Below are positions 42,597-52,760 of a stretch of 64,000 bases of DNA, in pieces. Position 1 is the stretch's first letter; each line of letters opens with the position of its first letter. Origin of the DNA: an uncultured delta proteobacterium (GTDB lineage: Bacteria; Desulfobacterota; Desulfuromonadia; Geobacterales; DSM-12255); assembly GCA_963787125.1 (NCBI GenBank), contig CAWBBV010000007.1, positions 512,001-576,000 on the forward strand, written 5' to 3'. Below the pieces are notes generated by a model, which made no database searches, had not been told where the DNA came from, and saw only the letters and a program-made list of their open reading frames with translations. A program made the translations under genes and the position numbers.

Positions 42597-43682
42597 TCAT
42601 GCCGGCAGTATCACGATTACTTTAGTCCCCGCGCCCGGTTCACTCTCGATCTCAAGCTTGCCGCCATGGCCTTCTATAATCTTCCTGGTTATGGCGAGCC
42701 CAAGACCGGTGCCATCAGGTTTAGTTGTAAAAAACGGCTCAAAAATCCTGGCCAGATTCCGACGCTCAATACCGGCACCGCTATCGCTGAAGCTGATTTC
42801 TGCGCCTGCTTGGCAGCGCCGCGCCGCGACAGTCACAACTCCGTTTGCAGGAGTTGCCTGAAGCGCATTGATCATAATATTCAGAAACGCCTGGCGTAAC
42901 TTTTCTCCATCCCCGCTAACCGTTATGCTTTTGTCGGTAAAGTCAGGGATGACAAGGACTTGAGCTGTTTTCGCCTGGTTTTCTGTCAGTTTTAAGATTG
43001 TTTCCAGCTCTTCGACAAGTGCACAGCTGCTCATCTCCAGCGGCTGTTGGCGTGCCATCCGCAAAAAATCTTCAACGACGTTGTTGAGCCTTTCAGTCTC
43101 TTTTATCTGGATTTCAATAAATTCGTGTTTTGGTGAGCCAGGCGGGTAGTCGTCCTTCAGTATTTCGGCCGTCCCCCTGATAGAGCCGAGCGGATTACGG
43201 ATTTCGTGAGCCAGTACAGCTGCCATTTCGCCGAGGGTCGAAAGCTTTTCAGCGCGGCGGAGCTGCTCTTCAACGGCCAGGATATGATCACTCTGCTGCT
43301 GCAGCTGCCGGTATGACTTCTCCAAACCTGCGGCGCTCTTTTCAAGCTCAAGACTTCTCTCCTGCTCACGCTGCGCCAAAAGACCGGTGATACTGCCGAC
43401 GATGTTATAGAGAACGATCTCCAGATATTTTTCCATCTCCATCGAGATATGGCCGCCCCATTGAAAAAGAATATGAGGGGTGTAGACGATGCTGACCAGA
43501 ATAGCTGCTGCCAATCCTCCTCGGAGTCCGAACCAGAGGGCGGAGAGAATGATCGGGATGTAGTAGAAACGCTGGAAGATGTCGTGAAGATAGTGAAGAT
43601 GGAGTGGTGTAAGGTAGTGCAGCAAGGTGATGCCAAGGATAGCAGCAAAGATTATGGCTATTTTTATTGAGGAGGATCTCAT
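42597..43682 (-). CDS. Membrane sensor histidine kinase, partner of the sigma54 regulator
   Basis: 4 TM, His-rich HLHYLHD, AHEIRNPL, FFTTKPDGTGLGL. Confidence 0.93.
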   Translation of the reverse strand: MRSSSIKIAIIFAAILGITLLHYLTPLHLHYLHDIFQRFYYIPIILSALWFGLRGGLAAAILVSIVYTPHILFQWGGHISMEMEKYLEIVLYNIVGSITGLLAQREQERSLELEKSAAGLEKSYRQLQQQSDHILAVEEQLRRAEKLSTLGEMAAVLAHEIRNPLGSIRGTAEILKDDYPPGSPKHEFIEIQIKETERLNNVVEDFLRMARQQPLEMSSCALVEELETILKLTENQAKTAQVLVIPDFTDKSITVSGDGEKLRQAFLNIMINALQATPANGVVTVAARRCQAGAEISFSDSGAGIERRNLARIFEPFFTTKPDGTGLGLAITRKIIEGHGGKLEIESEPGAGTKVIVILPA

Positions 43683-43692
43683 GACAGAGCGG

Positions 43693-44940
43693 TCAGCTCT
43701 TGAGTCTAAGGGCAACTGTTTCCGGATCGAGCGTAACTGTGGTTTGGATGCCGGAGGCCATCTCCTTCAGGGGGGCAGTGCCGGAGTCAAGCTCGGCTTC
43801 ACCAATGATAAGAGTGTAGCGGCAAGCGAGTTTGTCGGCGCGTCTCATCTGGCTCTTCATGCTTTTGCCTTCGTAATCGAACTCAACCGGGATGCCGGCT
43901 CGTTGCAGCTCGCAGGCGATGCTGAATGCCCTTTTCTGTGCCGGTTCACCCAGTGCGACAATAAAGAGTGTCGGGGCAGTGGAGAAATTTGCGGCATCAA
44001 GCAAGAGGGCAACTCTCTCAACCCCCATGGCAAAGCCAATACCAGGTATTGTCGGGCCGCCGAGATCGGATATCAGGCCGTCGTATCGCCCCCCGGCCGC
44101 GACTGCGCTCTGGGAGCCGAGCAGTCCGGTAATCATTTCAAAAGTTGTCCGGGTGTAGTAGTCGAGGCCGCGCACCATGCGGTTGTTTATCCGGTAGCGG
44201 GTCGAAACAAGCTCCAGATGCTCACAGGTTGCGGCAAAATGGGTGTCACATTCAGGGCAGAGATGCTCCAGCATTGCCGGGGCTCCGACTGTTGCCGTTT
44301 TGCACCCTTCTACTTTGCAATCAAGTACCCGCAGCGGATTGGTCTCAAAGCGGCGGCAACAGTCTTCGCAAAGTGCCGCCAGTCTAGAGCGCAAAAACTC
44401 TTTCAAAGTTTCGCGATAAGCAGGACGACACTGGGGGCAGCCGAGGGAGTTAATCTCCAGTGACGGTTCATCCAGCCCAAGTCTGGTAAAAAACTGACTG
44501 AGCATGGTAAGAATCTGGGCATCGATTTTCGGATCAGAAACGCCGGTAACTTCAGCGCCTATCTGGTGAAACTGGCGGTAGCGTCCCTTTTGCGGGCGTT
44601 CATAGCGGAACATTGGCCCCAGGTAAAAAAGCTTGCTCACCGGGTCTGCAGCGTAAAGCTTGTGCTCGATGAAAGCCCGCATGACGCCGGCAGTCCCTTC
44701 CGGCCGGAGCGTTATCCGGTTGTCACCCTTGTCAGTGAAGGAGTACATCTCTTTTTCAACGATGTCGGTGGCGTCGCCGATTGAGCGGGCAAAGAGTTCG
44801 GTCTTCTCCATGAGCGGAACTCTTATCTCTGCAAAGCCGTAACAGCCAAAAACCTCCCGTGCTGTGGCTTCGATATGCTGCCACTTCTCAACTTCGCCGG
44901 GGAGGATATCGTTAAAACCTTTGATAGCTGTTATTGCCAA
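43693..44940 (-). CDS. hisS: Histidyl-tRNA synthetase
   Basis: LRPEGTA, FRYERPQKGRYRQFHQ, VRGLDYY, GGRYD. Confidence 0.99.
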   Translation of the reverse strand: MAITAIKGFNDILPGEVEKWQHIEATAREVFGCYGFAEIRVPLMEKTELFARSIGDATDIVEKEMYSFTDKGDNRITLRPEGTAGVMRAFIEHKLYAADPVSKLFYLGPMFRYERPQKGRYRQFHQIGAEVTGVSDPKIDAQILTMLSQFFTRLGLDEPSLEINSLGCPQCRPAYRETLKEFLRSRLAALCEDCCRRFETNPLRVLDCKVEGCKTATVGAPAMLEHLCPECDTHFAATCEHLELVSTRYRINNRMVRGLDYYTRTTFEMITGLLGSQSAVAAGGRYDGLISDLGGPTIPGIGFAMGVERVALLLDAANFSTAPTLFIVALGEPAQKRAFSIACELQRAGIPVEFDYEGKSMKSQMRRADKLACRYTLIIGEAELDSGTAPLKEMASGIQTTVTLDPETVALRLKS

Positions 44941-44941
44941 T

Positions 44942-46327
44942 TTAATCTACCTTTGAGCCTTTTTGAGCGCTTTCCCTGCTTGCCGATATGTGCGAGACAA
45001 TATTTCGACCGCTTTCTTTGCCGTGATACATGGCGCGGTCTGCCATTTCCAGCAGTTCCAGCTTTGACTTGGTGTCTTCAGGGTAGCAGGCAAAGCCAAG
45101 GCACGCGGTCAGTTTTACGTCGAGGTTCTCACCAAGAAAAAATGAATGCTCGGCGATGGTTTTACGGATACGCTCCGCAACAATGGCCGCTCCCTGTTTG
45201 CCGGTCTCTATCAGGATAATGGTGTATTCATCGCCGCCGTAACGGAGCACGATATCGACTTCACGAACGGATTTCTTGAGAACTGTCGCCACCTCTTTGA
45301 GGACCCGGCTGCCGACGAGGTGGCCGTAGGTATCATTGACCCCTTTGAGCATGTCAACGTCCAGAAAGATGACCGCCATACTGAGACCGTATCTCTCAGC
45401 CCGCTTCAATTCGCGCTCAAGAGCTATTTCCAGGTATCGATAGTTGAAAAGGCCGGTAAGTTCATCAATATTGAGAAGATCCTTGGCAACTGAGTATCTG
45501 CCGGCGTTGTCAAGGGCAAGAGCCGACTGCTCCATCAGGAAGTGCAGATTGCTCCGGTTGATTGAGGCGTGAAAGCCACTGTTTTTTTCATCAAAGAGAG
45601 CCACAATCCCCAGCAACGGTGACTTATGGGTGATCGGTAAAAGGAGGAGTTCGGTTGTTCCGTTTGCAAGCTCTATGTTCACGGTGAACGGCTCTAAAAA
45701 AACCTGCTCTTCCCAATCAAAAACAAGTTTAAGCTGTTCATTCATTTTTTCTGCATCTTCTTTGGACAGGCCTTTTGCCTCAATAAGGGAGATGTCTCTG
45801 GCAGTGTCACGCAGGCAGGTAAAGCCTTTGTCAGCGCCGGTCTCTTTCACGGCAGCTTCAATCACCAGGGCGAGAATTCTGTCGATATCAATGCAGTTGG
45901 CTATTGTCTGGCTTACTTGGAAAAGACGGATCTGGTCTTTTAGCCCTTGATTCTCGTCAAGCAGCCGCCTTTGTTCCATGGAGAGTCTGACGACATGCTT
46001 GAACTCATCGTGGCTGATAGGTTTTACGAGATAGTCTCTGGCACCGTTTTTGAGAGCGTAGATAGCCGATTCCATGTTCCCGTAGCCGGTCACAACAATA
46101 ACTTCAGTGTCGGAATCCATCTGTTTGGCACGGGAGAGGATGTCAAGCCCGCTGATGTCCTGAAGTACCATGTCGGTAACAATCAGTTGATAGCTGCCCT
46201 TCTCCATCATTATCAGGGCTTCTTTCCCTGATGACGCGGTATCTACCTTGTAACCCTCATCACGAAGAAGATCGGAAAATATCTCCCTGAAAAAGGCGTC
46301 GTCTTCAACAATCAGGATTTTTTCCAT
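44942..46327 (-). CDS. gacA: REC-intermediate-GGDEF protein with Hypr signature; probable cyclic AMP-GMP synthase (GacA orthologue)
   Basis: NDTYGHLVGS (Ser replaces canonical Asp), RYGGDEY; located between comEC and hisS. Confidence 0.8.
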   Translation of the reverse strand: MEKILIVEDDAFFREIFSDLLRDEGYKVDTASSGKEALIMMEKGSYQLIVTDMVLQDISGLDILSRAKQMDSDTEVIVVTGYGNMESAIYALKNGARDYLVKPISHDEFKHVVRLSMEQRRLLDENQGLKDQIRLFQVSQTIANCIDIDRILALVIEAAVKETGADKGFTCLRDTARDISLIEAKGLSKEDAEKMNEQLKLVFDWEEQVFLEPFTVNIELANGTTELLLLPITHKSPLLGIVALFDEKNSGFHASINRSNLHFLMEQSALALDNAGRYSVAKDLLNIDELTGLFNYRYLEIALERELKRAERYGLSMAVIFLDVDMLKGVNDTYGHLVGSRVLKEVATVLKKSVREVDIVLRYGGDEYTIILIETGKQGAAIVAERIRKTIAEHSFFLGENLDVKLTACLGFACYPEDTKSKLELLEMADRAMYHGKESGRNIVSHISASRESAQKGSKVD

Positions 46328-46397
46328 TAACAGTAGCTCCCGAGAGCAATTTTAAGAAATTATATCTCTCTAAAAATACAGAACATTAGTTTAGGTG

Positions 46398-48872
46398 TCA
46401 ATGCATTTGCCTTTTAAATGCGGATATCCGGAGTTCTTCGCCTTTATTTGGGAATAATGCAGTTATCGTCCCGTCAAGATCTGTTCTGAAGATGCTGATT
46501 CTTTTAATTGAAAGCTGCTGGAGGGTTTCTGCCGCAGGGAGCCCAAAAGAGTTGTTATAACCGGCCGAGATGACGGCTATTTTGGGCGAGACAGCCGTAA
46601 TGAACTCTTGGCTTGAGGAGTAACGACTGCCGTGATGAGGTACTTTGAGAAGGGTCGAGCTGAGAGAATCCCGGTTTTTCAGGAGTTTTAATTCGGTAGT
46701 AAAACCGATATCTCCGGTGAAAAGGGCTGATAGTTTGCCGGAACTAAAGCGCAGCACAAGCGAGGTCTCATTCATGTCATTGTCGGCGGCTCCCTGATCT
46801 TCACCGGAAAACGGGTGGAGACAGCGGACGGTAACGCCGGAGATCTCCATGTCAGTGGCAGCGTTGGTGATTTTTTTTACCGGAATTTTCCGCTGTTCAA
46901 GTATTTTCATCAACTTGCGGTACTCTTCGCCGCTGTTTAGTCCGCTTTCCCAGAACTCGCCTATCGGCAGCTCTGCGGCGACAGCCACTACCCCCTGGAG
47001 ATGATCAGGGTGAGAGTGGCTGAGAACAAGATAGTCGATTCTCTGCACCCCCAGCCTTTTTAAAGTCGGCAGCAGGAGCTGTTTGCCGATATCCCAGCCA
47101 CCTTCATGCAGCGCGCCGCCACCGTCAATCAACATCCTCCGCTTATCGGCAAAGGTAATGAGGGTGGACTCTCCCTGACCGACACTCAAAAAGTCCATCC
47201 GCAGCGCATAGTCATCATCGTTTGCCGGGGTCTGGTGGAGGCTAACAAGCAGCAGCGGGACAGATAAAATTGTGAGTGTTTTGCTCCGGTTATTGCGGAT
47301 GATCGTGATGAATAAAAGAGCAAGCAAGAAAATGATTATCTCAGCCGTTGTCGGAATATATAACGGGAGGGTCGGGATTTTATCAAGAAGCGCTATTGTC
47401 CGGTTTGAGGCAGTTGTGAGAAAACCGGCTGTTTTGAGGAGATAGCCGGCAATCACCGGCGACAGCCAGATGAAAGGGAGGGCGCTAAAGCCGGTCACAA
47501 CCGCGCCGTAACCAAGGAGCGGCACAATGAAGAAATTACTGATGATGCCGGTAAGGGAAGATTGTTGAAAGTAGTAGGCAACCGGTAGGAGTGTAACTGT
47601 TACAGCTGCAATCGAGGCGCAGGTAAAAAGGCTGATGTTGTAACGCCAGCCACGGGCAGTTGTGGCAAAGCACCCTGCCAGTAGCGGCGTTATCACGGTA
47701 ATGCCCCATAAGGACAGAAAAGAGAGCTGGAAAGAGATGTCATACAGGTTTGCCGGGTTTATCAACAGCAGGGCAAAAGCAGCAAGTGCGAGGGAATTGA
47801 CAGCATCTGTTTCCCGCTCCAGCATCAGCGCGATAGTCAGTAACCCAAGCATAAGCACTGACCTGGCCGTGGCCGGAGCAGCGCCGGAGAGAAACATGTA
47901 ATAGATGATGAGCGGAATTGATGTGGCCTGGGCGAAGCGTCTGAAGTTAAGGTACAGCAGGGTGGCCGGAAAAATCCTTGATACGGCGAACCAAAGCTGA
48001 AAGAGCACTAAAGCTATTATCCCCACATGGAAACCGGAGATGGAGAGAATATGATTCACCCCCGTGCGGCTGTAGGCATCCTTGACTTCTTGCGGAATGT
48101 CCGCCATGTCACCTATCAGCAGGGCTTTCATCACGCCACCCTCAACACCGGGGAGCTCGGTCATGATAAATCTGCCGATTTTGGCTGCTGTCTGATCAAA
48201 GTGACGCTGAAATCCTGACTCCACCCCCTGTCTTACGAGCAGTATGTCGGCGTCGCTCTTCACAAAGGTGGTCGCGGCAATTCCTTTCAGGGCATAAAAG
48301 CGTTCCGCATCGAACTCGCCTGCAGTGCCGAAATTTCTGGGAGCTTTAAGTTTTCCTTGAAAGCGGATCCGGTCGCCACTGAAAAAAATGTTGCTGCTTA
48401 TGCCTACTTTTAACAGCAGCAGCCCCTCAAGAGCTGGCCTCTCAATCCGCCGCCCTGCGGTAAAAATATGCTCCGGGCGCATGAGGATCTTGCAACCGCC
48501 ATCCTTGACTTCCGGCCGTTTGACAATGACCCCCTCCAGAGTTAATGAGTCTTTTAGATGCTGCTCGATAGTCAGTTGATCCTGAGGGCTGGGTTTGAGT
48601 AGTGGCGTCAGCAGGAGGTTGCCGGTGACAAGGAGTGTCAGGCAGAGTGAGGCGACGAAGGGGGGCGATGAGCCGATAAAGAGGAGTGGCACCGATAGCA
48701 GCAGCGAAAGCGGCAGCAGGTAGTCCGGCAGGAAGAGCCCAAAACTGCCTGCTACCGCTAGGCCGCAGATAAAGCAGCAGAGCGGCAGCAGTAGCGGCGG
48801 GAGCCTGAAGTGAGCAAGCAAGTTATTTTCTCTCTTTGAATTGTCCCTGCAGTGACTTGATGATAGCGTCAA
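46398..48872 (-). CDS. comEC: DNA uptake channel ComEC/Rec2 (true start probably TTG near 48822)
   Basis: NFGTAGEFD, HILSISGFHV, SFQLSF, VGQG, SHSHPDH, HHGS. Confidence 0.95.
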   Translation of the reverse strand: MTLSSSHCRDNSKRENNLLAHFRLPPLLLPLCCFICGLAVAGSFGLFLPDYLLPLSLLLSVPLLFIGSSPPFVASLCLTLLVTGNLLLTPLLKPSPQDQLTIEQHLKDSLTLEGVIVKRPEVKDGGCKILMRPEHIFTAGRRIERPALEGLLLLKVGISSNIFFSGDRIRFQGKLKAPRNFGTAGEFDAERFYALKGIAATTFVKSDADILLVRQGVESGFQRHFDQTAAKIGRFIMTELPGVEGGVMKALLIGDMADIPQEVKDAYSRTGVNHILSISGFHVGIIALVLFQLWFAVSRIFPATLLYLNFRRFAQATSIPLIIYYMFLSGAAPATARSVLMLGLLTIALMLERETDAVNSLALAAFALLLINPANLYDISFQLSFLSLWGITVITPLLAGCFATTARGWRYNISLFTCASIAAVTVTLLPVAYYFQQSSLTGIISNFFIVPLLGYGAVVTGFSALPFIWLSPVIAGYLLKTAGFLTTASNRTIALLDKIPTLPLYIPTTAEIIIFLLALLFITIIRNNRSKTLTILSVPLLLVSLHQTPANDDDYALRMDFLSVGQGESTLITFADKRRMLIDGGGALHEGGWDIGKQLLLPTLKRLGVQRIDYLVLSHSHPDHLQGVVAVAAELPIGEFWESGLNSGEEYRKLMKILEQRKIPVKKITNAATDMEISGVTVRCLHPFSGEDQGAADNDMNETSLVLRFSSGKLSALFTGDIGFTTELKLLKNRDSLSSTLLKVPHHGSRYSSSQEFITAVSPKIAVISAGYNNSFGLPAAETLQQLSIKRISIFRTDLDGTITALFPNKGEELRISAFKRQMH

Positions 48873-49980
48873 GCTCTGCGGCAGTAACCAACGCGTTGCT
48901 TTTTAACTCTGATTTTGTGACAGTAGCATAATCTGCCGGAGAGGTAAGTTTTCTGGTCACTTCGATAAGATCGATTCCGCCTGTCGGCGGCAGTTGCAAT
49001 TCCAGGGAGTGCAACCCTTTGGTCAGTCTGAATGTCCCCAGGTCAGCCCAGTCAAGCTGCGGTTTTAATGCTGCGGTTACTGTCTGTTTGCCGAATCCGG
49101 CGACTATCCGGGACCCCTCAGCTCTGACTCTGATCCTGTATACAGAAGTTGACTCAGCCTCAAGCGGTACAATAACTGTTCCTCCGGTCTGGAATGCTCT
49201 TACCCATTTTGCGGCTAAAGATTTACCGTGGACCTGGTTTTCGGTTATCTGCACTGTCTCAGGAAGCTTTGTGAGCGAAGCCGCTTCGATGCGCCAGCTT
49301 TTATAGCTTGGATCATCAGGAAGAAGCGGCTCAAGCCCAAACAGGGAGGCAATAACTTCATTCAGTGCGCCGGCTGCGAGTGGCGCTGCCGGATTCCAGC
49401 CTGCAAGGGGTTCTAGCGGCGTGTAATTTGGGGCGGTGAAGGAGAAACAGTCGATTGCTCCGGCGGTCGGGATAATGGCGTTAAATTCGAGTTCACCAGC
49501 GGTTATGAAAAGCTGCCCGAGAGTGCTTTCCTTGAAATTTGCCCCGGAGTTCAGCTTGAACGCCCTACCGGCAATTGACCAGAGCTGGTCATCCCCTCTG
49601 GAAACGACAGTGAGATTGTACTTTCCGGAAACAGGGATAAAAATCTTGAAATGCACTGCGACCGGACTGGTCGTGCCATGCAGCCAGCCTTTGCCTGAAA
49701 AAGCACCGAAGAGCGGGTAGTTGCGGATAGTCACCGGGTCGCTCTGTTTGTCAAAGGTATCTTCAGCCTCGAACTTGAATGTTCTGTTACCGCCCAGAAT
49801 CTCGAAATAATCATTTTCAAGCGGTTTTTCAGGCAGACCTTCGCCAAAACCGAGGGCATCTATCAGTTTTTGTGCCAGATCCAGCTGTGTAACCAGCTTT
49901 GGTGCCGGTTTATCGGCAGCTGTTGCTGTCGTCAATGAAAAGATTGATGCGGTCAGTATTAAAAAAAACAGCCTGAACAT
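48823..49980 (-). CDS. Exported hypothetical protein with two tandem beta-sandwich (CBM-like) modules
   Basis: Signal peptide after GGAGG; repeated 'Y.l.V...G...LG...lT.G...l..P..G.ID' pattern. Confidence 0.65.
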   Translation of the reverse strand: MFRLFFLILTASIFSLTTATAADKPAPKLVTQLDLAQKLIDALGFGEGLPEKPLENDYFEILGGNRTFKFEAEDTFDKQSDPVTIRNYPLFGAFSGKGWLHGTTSPVAVHFKIFIPVSGKYNLTVVSRGDDQLWSIAGRAFKLNSGANFKESTLGQLFITAGELEFNAIIPTAGAIDCFSFTAPNYTPLEPLAGWNPAAPLAAGALNEVIASLFGLEPLLPDDPSYKSWRIEAASLTKLPETVQITENQVHGKSLAAKWVRAFQTGGTVIVPLEAESTSVYRIRVRAEGSRIVAGFGKQTVTAALKPQLDWADLGTFRLTKGLHSLELQLPPTGGIDLIEVTRKLTSPADYATVTKSELKSNALVTAAELDAIIKSLQGQFKERK

Positions 49981-50136
49981 CGTGGAACCTCCGTCAAAAC
50001 TATTGCCTTGTTGGTAACTATAACATGCGATTGAAATGTTGGAAAGAATATGGGCGCGCAAAGAGGCTCTGGCAACGAAGATATTTCAGTGCTATACTGC
50101 CGCCCACTTGATTATTTTCAATTGGAGCGTTGCGAT

Positions 50137-51336
50137 ATGGCTTTTACCGGTGATCTGGAGCATCTGCCGATAGTAGATGTGATCCAGCTGATGAACTCGA
50201 CCAGAAAGTCTGGGGTGCTCTCCGTCAGAGGGCGCAAGGGTGAGAGCCAGCTTGTTTTCAAGGATGGCTATATTGTCAGCGCCAGCCATCTGAACAACAG
50301 CGTCAGGATCGGCCAGGTCCTGACTGATATGGGTCTGGTATCAGCTGGGCAACTTGAAGAGGGTCTGCGGAAACAGCAGCTGGACGGTGACAACAGACGT
50401 CCGCTTGCTATTACGCTGATCGAAATGGCTGTTCTTTCGGAGGATAATGCTTACAAGGGTTTGCAGCATCTTATCGAGATGACCGTTGTCGAGATCCTTA
50501 CCTGGAAAAGCGGCAGATTTACCCTCGAACATCTCAAGGATGTCGTTGCCTGCGATTTCAAGTATTACCCTCAAAAGATGAACCATGAAATAAATGTCAA
50601 TACCCAGAGTATGTTGATGGATGCTCTGAGAATATTCGATGAGAGGAAGCGGGACGGGTTGATACAGGAGGAGCTGGATGAGCCTGCGGACGCCGAACTT
50701 ATCGTTGACGAACTCATTTCTGTGGACGATCTTGGTCTTGAAGAAATGGATCACCTTAATGCTAGGCTGCCTGAAGCTTTTTCAGGTGTGGAGCTGTTTG
50801 ATCCGGCCCTGTTTCAGCGGGGGAAAATAGCTGAACTGGCGCCGGATTTAACTGAAGACGACAGGGAAAAGCTTGTTTTAATGTTGGCAAAGTATACAAA
50901 AAAAAGGAAATCAGGGTTGGCTGCTAACGTTGATGGGCCTGGAGTAATAGTCTTCAGCCACGACAACCTTTTACTGCATGGGCTTGATACAATTTTGACC
51001 GATGCCGGAGTCCTTCCTGTTGCTGTTTTGTCTGAAGAGGAGATGGAAAAGGCTTTGGCTTCCCCTGCCGGGAGAAAAATCAGCTGGTTGATTGCTGATA
51101 CGCAGATCAAAGGGAGCCAGTACGCCAAAACCAGGGAATTGAAAATTCTACAGCTTGCTCCTTCGAACGACAGCCGTTTTACCTTGAATGCCTACGGAGA
51201 GGGTGCTACGACTGTAATGCCTAAACCGGTGAAGGGGCAGGCGGCAGGTTTTATCGAAGAGTTGATCATGCTGCTGGAACTTCTGCCTGAATACCTCAGT
51301 GTAAATGGTAGGTTTGAAACAGCAGTTTTGCTGTAA
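50137..51336 (+). CDS. DUF4388 (PatA-N) domain protein with degenerate receiver-like C-terminus
   Basis: MAFTGDLEHLPIVDVIQL...RKSGVL, WKSGRF, LMDALRIFDE. Confidence 0.85.
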   Translation: MAFTGDLEHLPIVDVIQLMNSTRKSGVLSVRGRKGESQLVFKDGYIVSASHLNNSVRIGQVLTDMGLVSAGQLEEGLRKQQLDGDNRRPLAITLIEMAVLSEDNAYKGLQHLIEMTVVEILTWKSGRFTLEHLKDVVACDFKYYPQKMNHEINVNTQSMLMDALRIFDERKRDGLIQEELDEPADAELIVDELISVDDLGLEEMDHLNARLPEAFSGVELFDPALFQRGKIAELAPDLTEDDREKLVLMLAKYTKKRKSGLAANVDGPGVIVFSHDNLLLHGLDTILTDAGVLPVAVLSEEEMEKALASPAGRKISWLIADTQIKGSQYAKTRELKILQLAPSNDSRFTLNAYGEGATTVMPKPVKGQAAGFIEELIMLLELLPEYLSVNGRFETAVLL

Positions 51337-52057
51337 TCAGGAAAACAACTGCTATAAAGACCGGGCGGATGAACTTGGCCCCCCTCAAAATGACGAGATT
51401 TGCCCCAATTTTTGCCCCGATGAACTGGGCGACCCCCATTAGTATCCCCTCTATAAAATGTACCTGACCAGCTGCCATGAAAATCACCAGGGCGACGATA
51501 TTACTGGTGAAATTCATCACTTTGGTGTGTGCAGTCGCCTTTACCAGTGAGCAGCCGAGCAACAGCACGAAAGCCATTGCCCAGAATGAGCCGGTTCCGG
51601 GCCCGAAAAAACCGTCATAAAAACCGATTGAGAGTCCGAACAGCGGGTAGAAAATCTTTGGGGAGAGGCGGGCGTGGATGTCCTCTGCCCCCATTTTCGG
51701 AGTAAAAAGGGTGTAGGCGGCAATTATTATCAAAAGCCAGGGAACAAGCTGTTTCAGGATTGCCGGATCGAGCTTCTGGATAGCCAGTACTCCGATTGCC
51801 GCGCCTACTGCTGTCCAGAGGATGCCGCTGATGCAATCAGACAGTTTGACCGTGCCGCTTCTGACAAAGTGAAGCATGGCGCTGCCTGAGCCAAAGGATG
51901 CCTGGAGTTTGTTCGTGCCGAGGGCAACCTGAGGTGGGAGACCGATCCCCATGAGGACCGGGACGGTTATGAGCCCGCCACCACCGGCGACAGCGTCAAT
52001 CAGGCCGGCAAAGAAGGCTGCCGCGATGAGCAGCAGCAGGGTAAGCGGATCAGGCAT
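51296..52057 (-). CDS. TauE/SafE (TSUP) family membrane protein
   Basis: AGLIDAVAGGGGLI, ALGTNK, GFYDGFFGPGTG. Confidence 0.92.
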   Translation of the reverse strand: MPDPLTLLLLIAAAFFAGLIDAVAGGGGLITVPVLMGIGLPPQVALGTNKLQASFGSGSAMLHFVRSGTVKLSDCISGILWTAVGAAIGVLAIQKLDPAILKQLVPWLLIIIAAYTLFTPKMGAEDIHARLSPKIFYPLFGLSIGFYDGFFGPGTGSFWAMAFVLLLGCSLVKATAHTKVMNFTSNIVALVIFMAAGQVHFIEGILMGVAQFIGAKIGANLVILRGAKFIRPVFIAVVFLITAKLLFQTYHLH

Positions 52058-52759
52058 CTAGATGGCTTTGCGCCAGGAGAGTTTTTTCTCCAAAGTTCTG
52101 GAGAGAGAGGTGAAGGCGAAGCAGATGATGAAGTAGACAACGGCGATGAAGAAGAATATTTCAGTCGGGAAAGCCATGGTGCGATTGTTTATCTGGGTCG
52201 CCACATGTGTCAGTTCGGAAACTCCGACAATAAAGGCAAGCGAAGTATCCTTAATCAGGGAGACAAACTGATTCACAAAAGATGGGATCATATTACGCAG
52301 ACCTTGCGGTAAAATGATATATACCATTGCCTGCCAGTGTTTGAGGCCAGTGGAGATAGCTGCTTCCATCTGTCCCTTCGGTATTCCTTCAATGCCGGCA
52401 CGAACGATTTGCGACATATAGGCGGAGGTGAAGAAAGTTAACGCCAGGATGACGGTTCTTGTCTCAGTGATGGTTTTACCGAAGATTGCCGGCAGCAGGA
52501 AATACATCCAGAAGATGACCATGAGGAGCGGTACGCCACGGATGGTATTGATGACGAGCATGGATGGCCAACTTACCCACCTTTTTCTGGAGACACTCAA
52601 GAGGCCAAGGATAAGTCCGCCGAAAAAGGAGAGGATGCAGGAAGCTGTCGCCAGATAAAGCGTCAGTCCTACGCCACCGAGCGGTCCTTCTGGCCAGCGA
52701 CCGACCATGAAGTAGATGATGTTGTCTGAAATTACCTGAAAACCGGAGAAAATTGACAT
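52058..52759 (-). CDS. Polar amino-acid ABC transporter permease
   Basis: RGVPLL, GQMEAA loop, IKDTSL. Confidence 0.93.
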   Translation of the reverse strand: MSIFSGFQVISDNIIYFMVGRWPEGPLGGVGLTLYLATASCILSFFGGLILGLLSVSRKRWVSWPSMLVINTIRGVPLLMVIFWMYFLLPAIFGKTITETRTVILALTFFTSAYMSQIVRAGIEGIPKGQMEAAISTGLKHWQAMVYIILPQGLRNMIPSFVNQFVSLIKDTSLAFIVGVSELTHVATQINNRTMAFPTEIFFFIAVVYFIICFAFTSLSRTLEKKLSWRKAI

Positions 52760-52760
52760 T

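Noticed and set aside
51296..51336. 41-bp convergent overlap of DUF4388 and TSUP genes
   Set aside because: Short tail-to-tail overlaps are common
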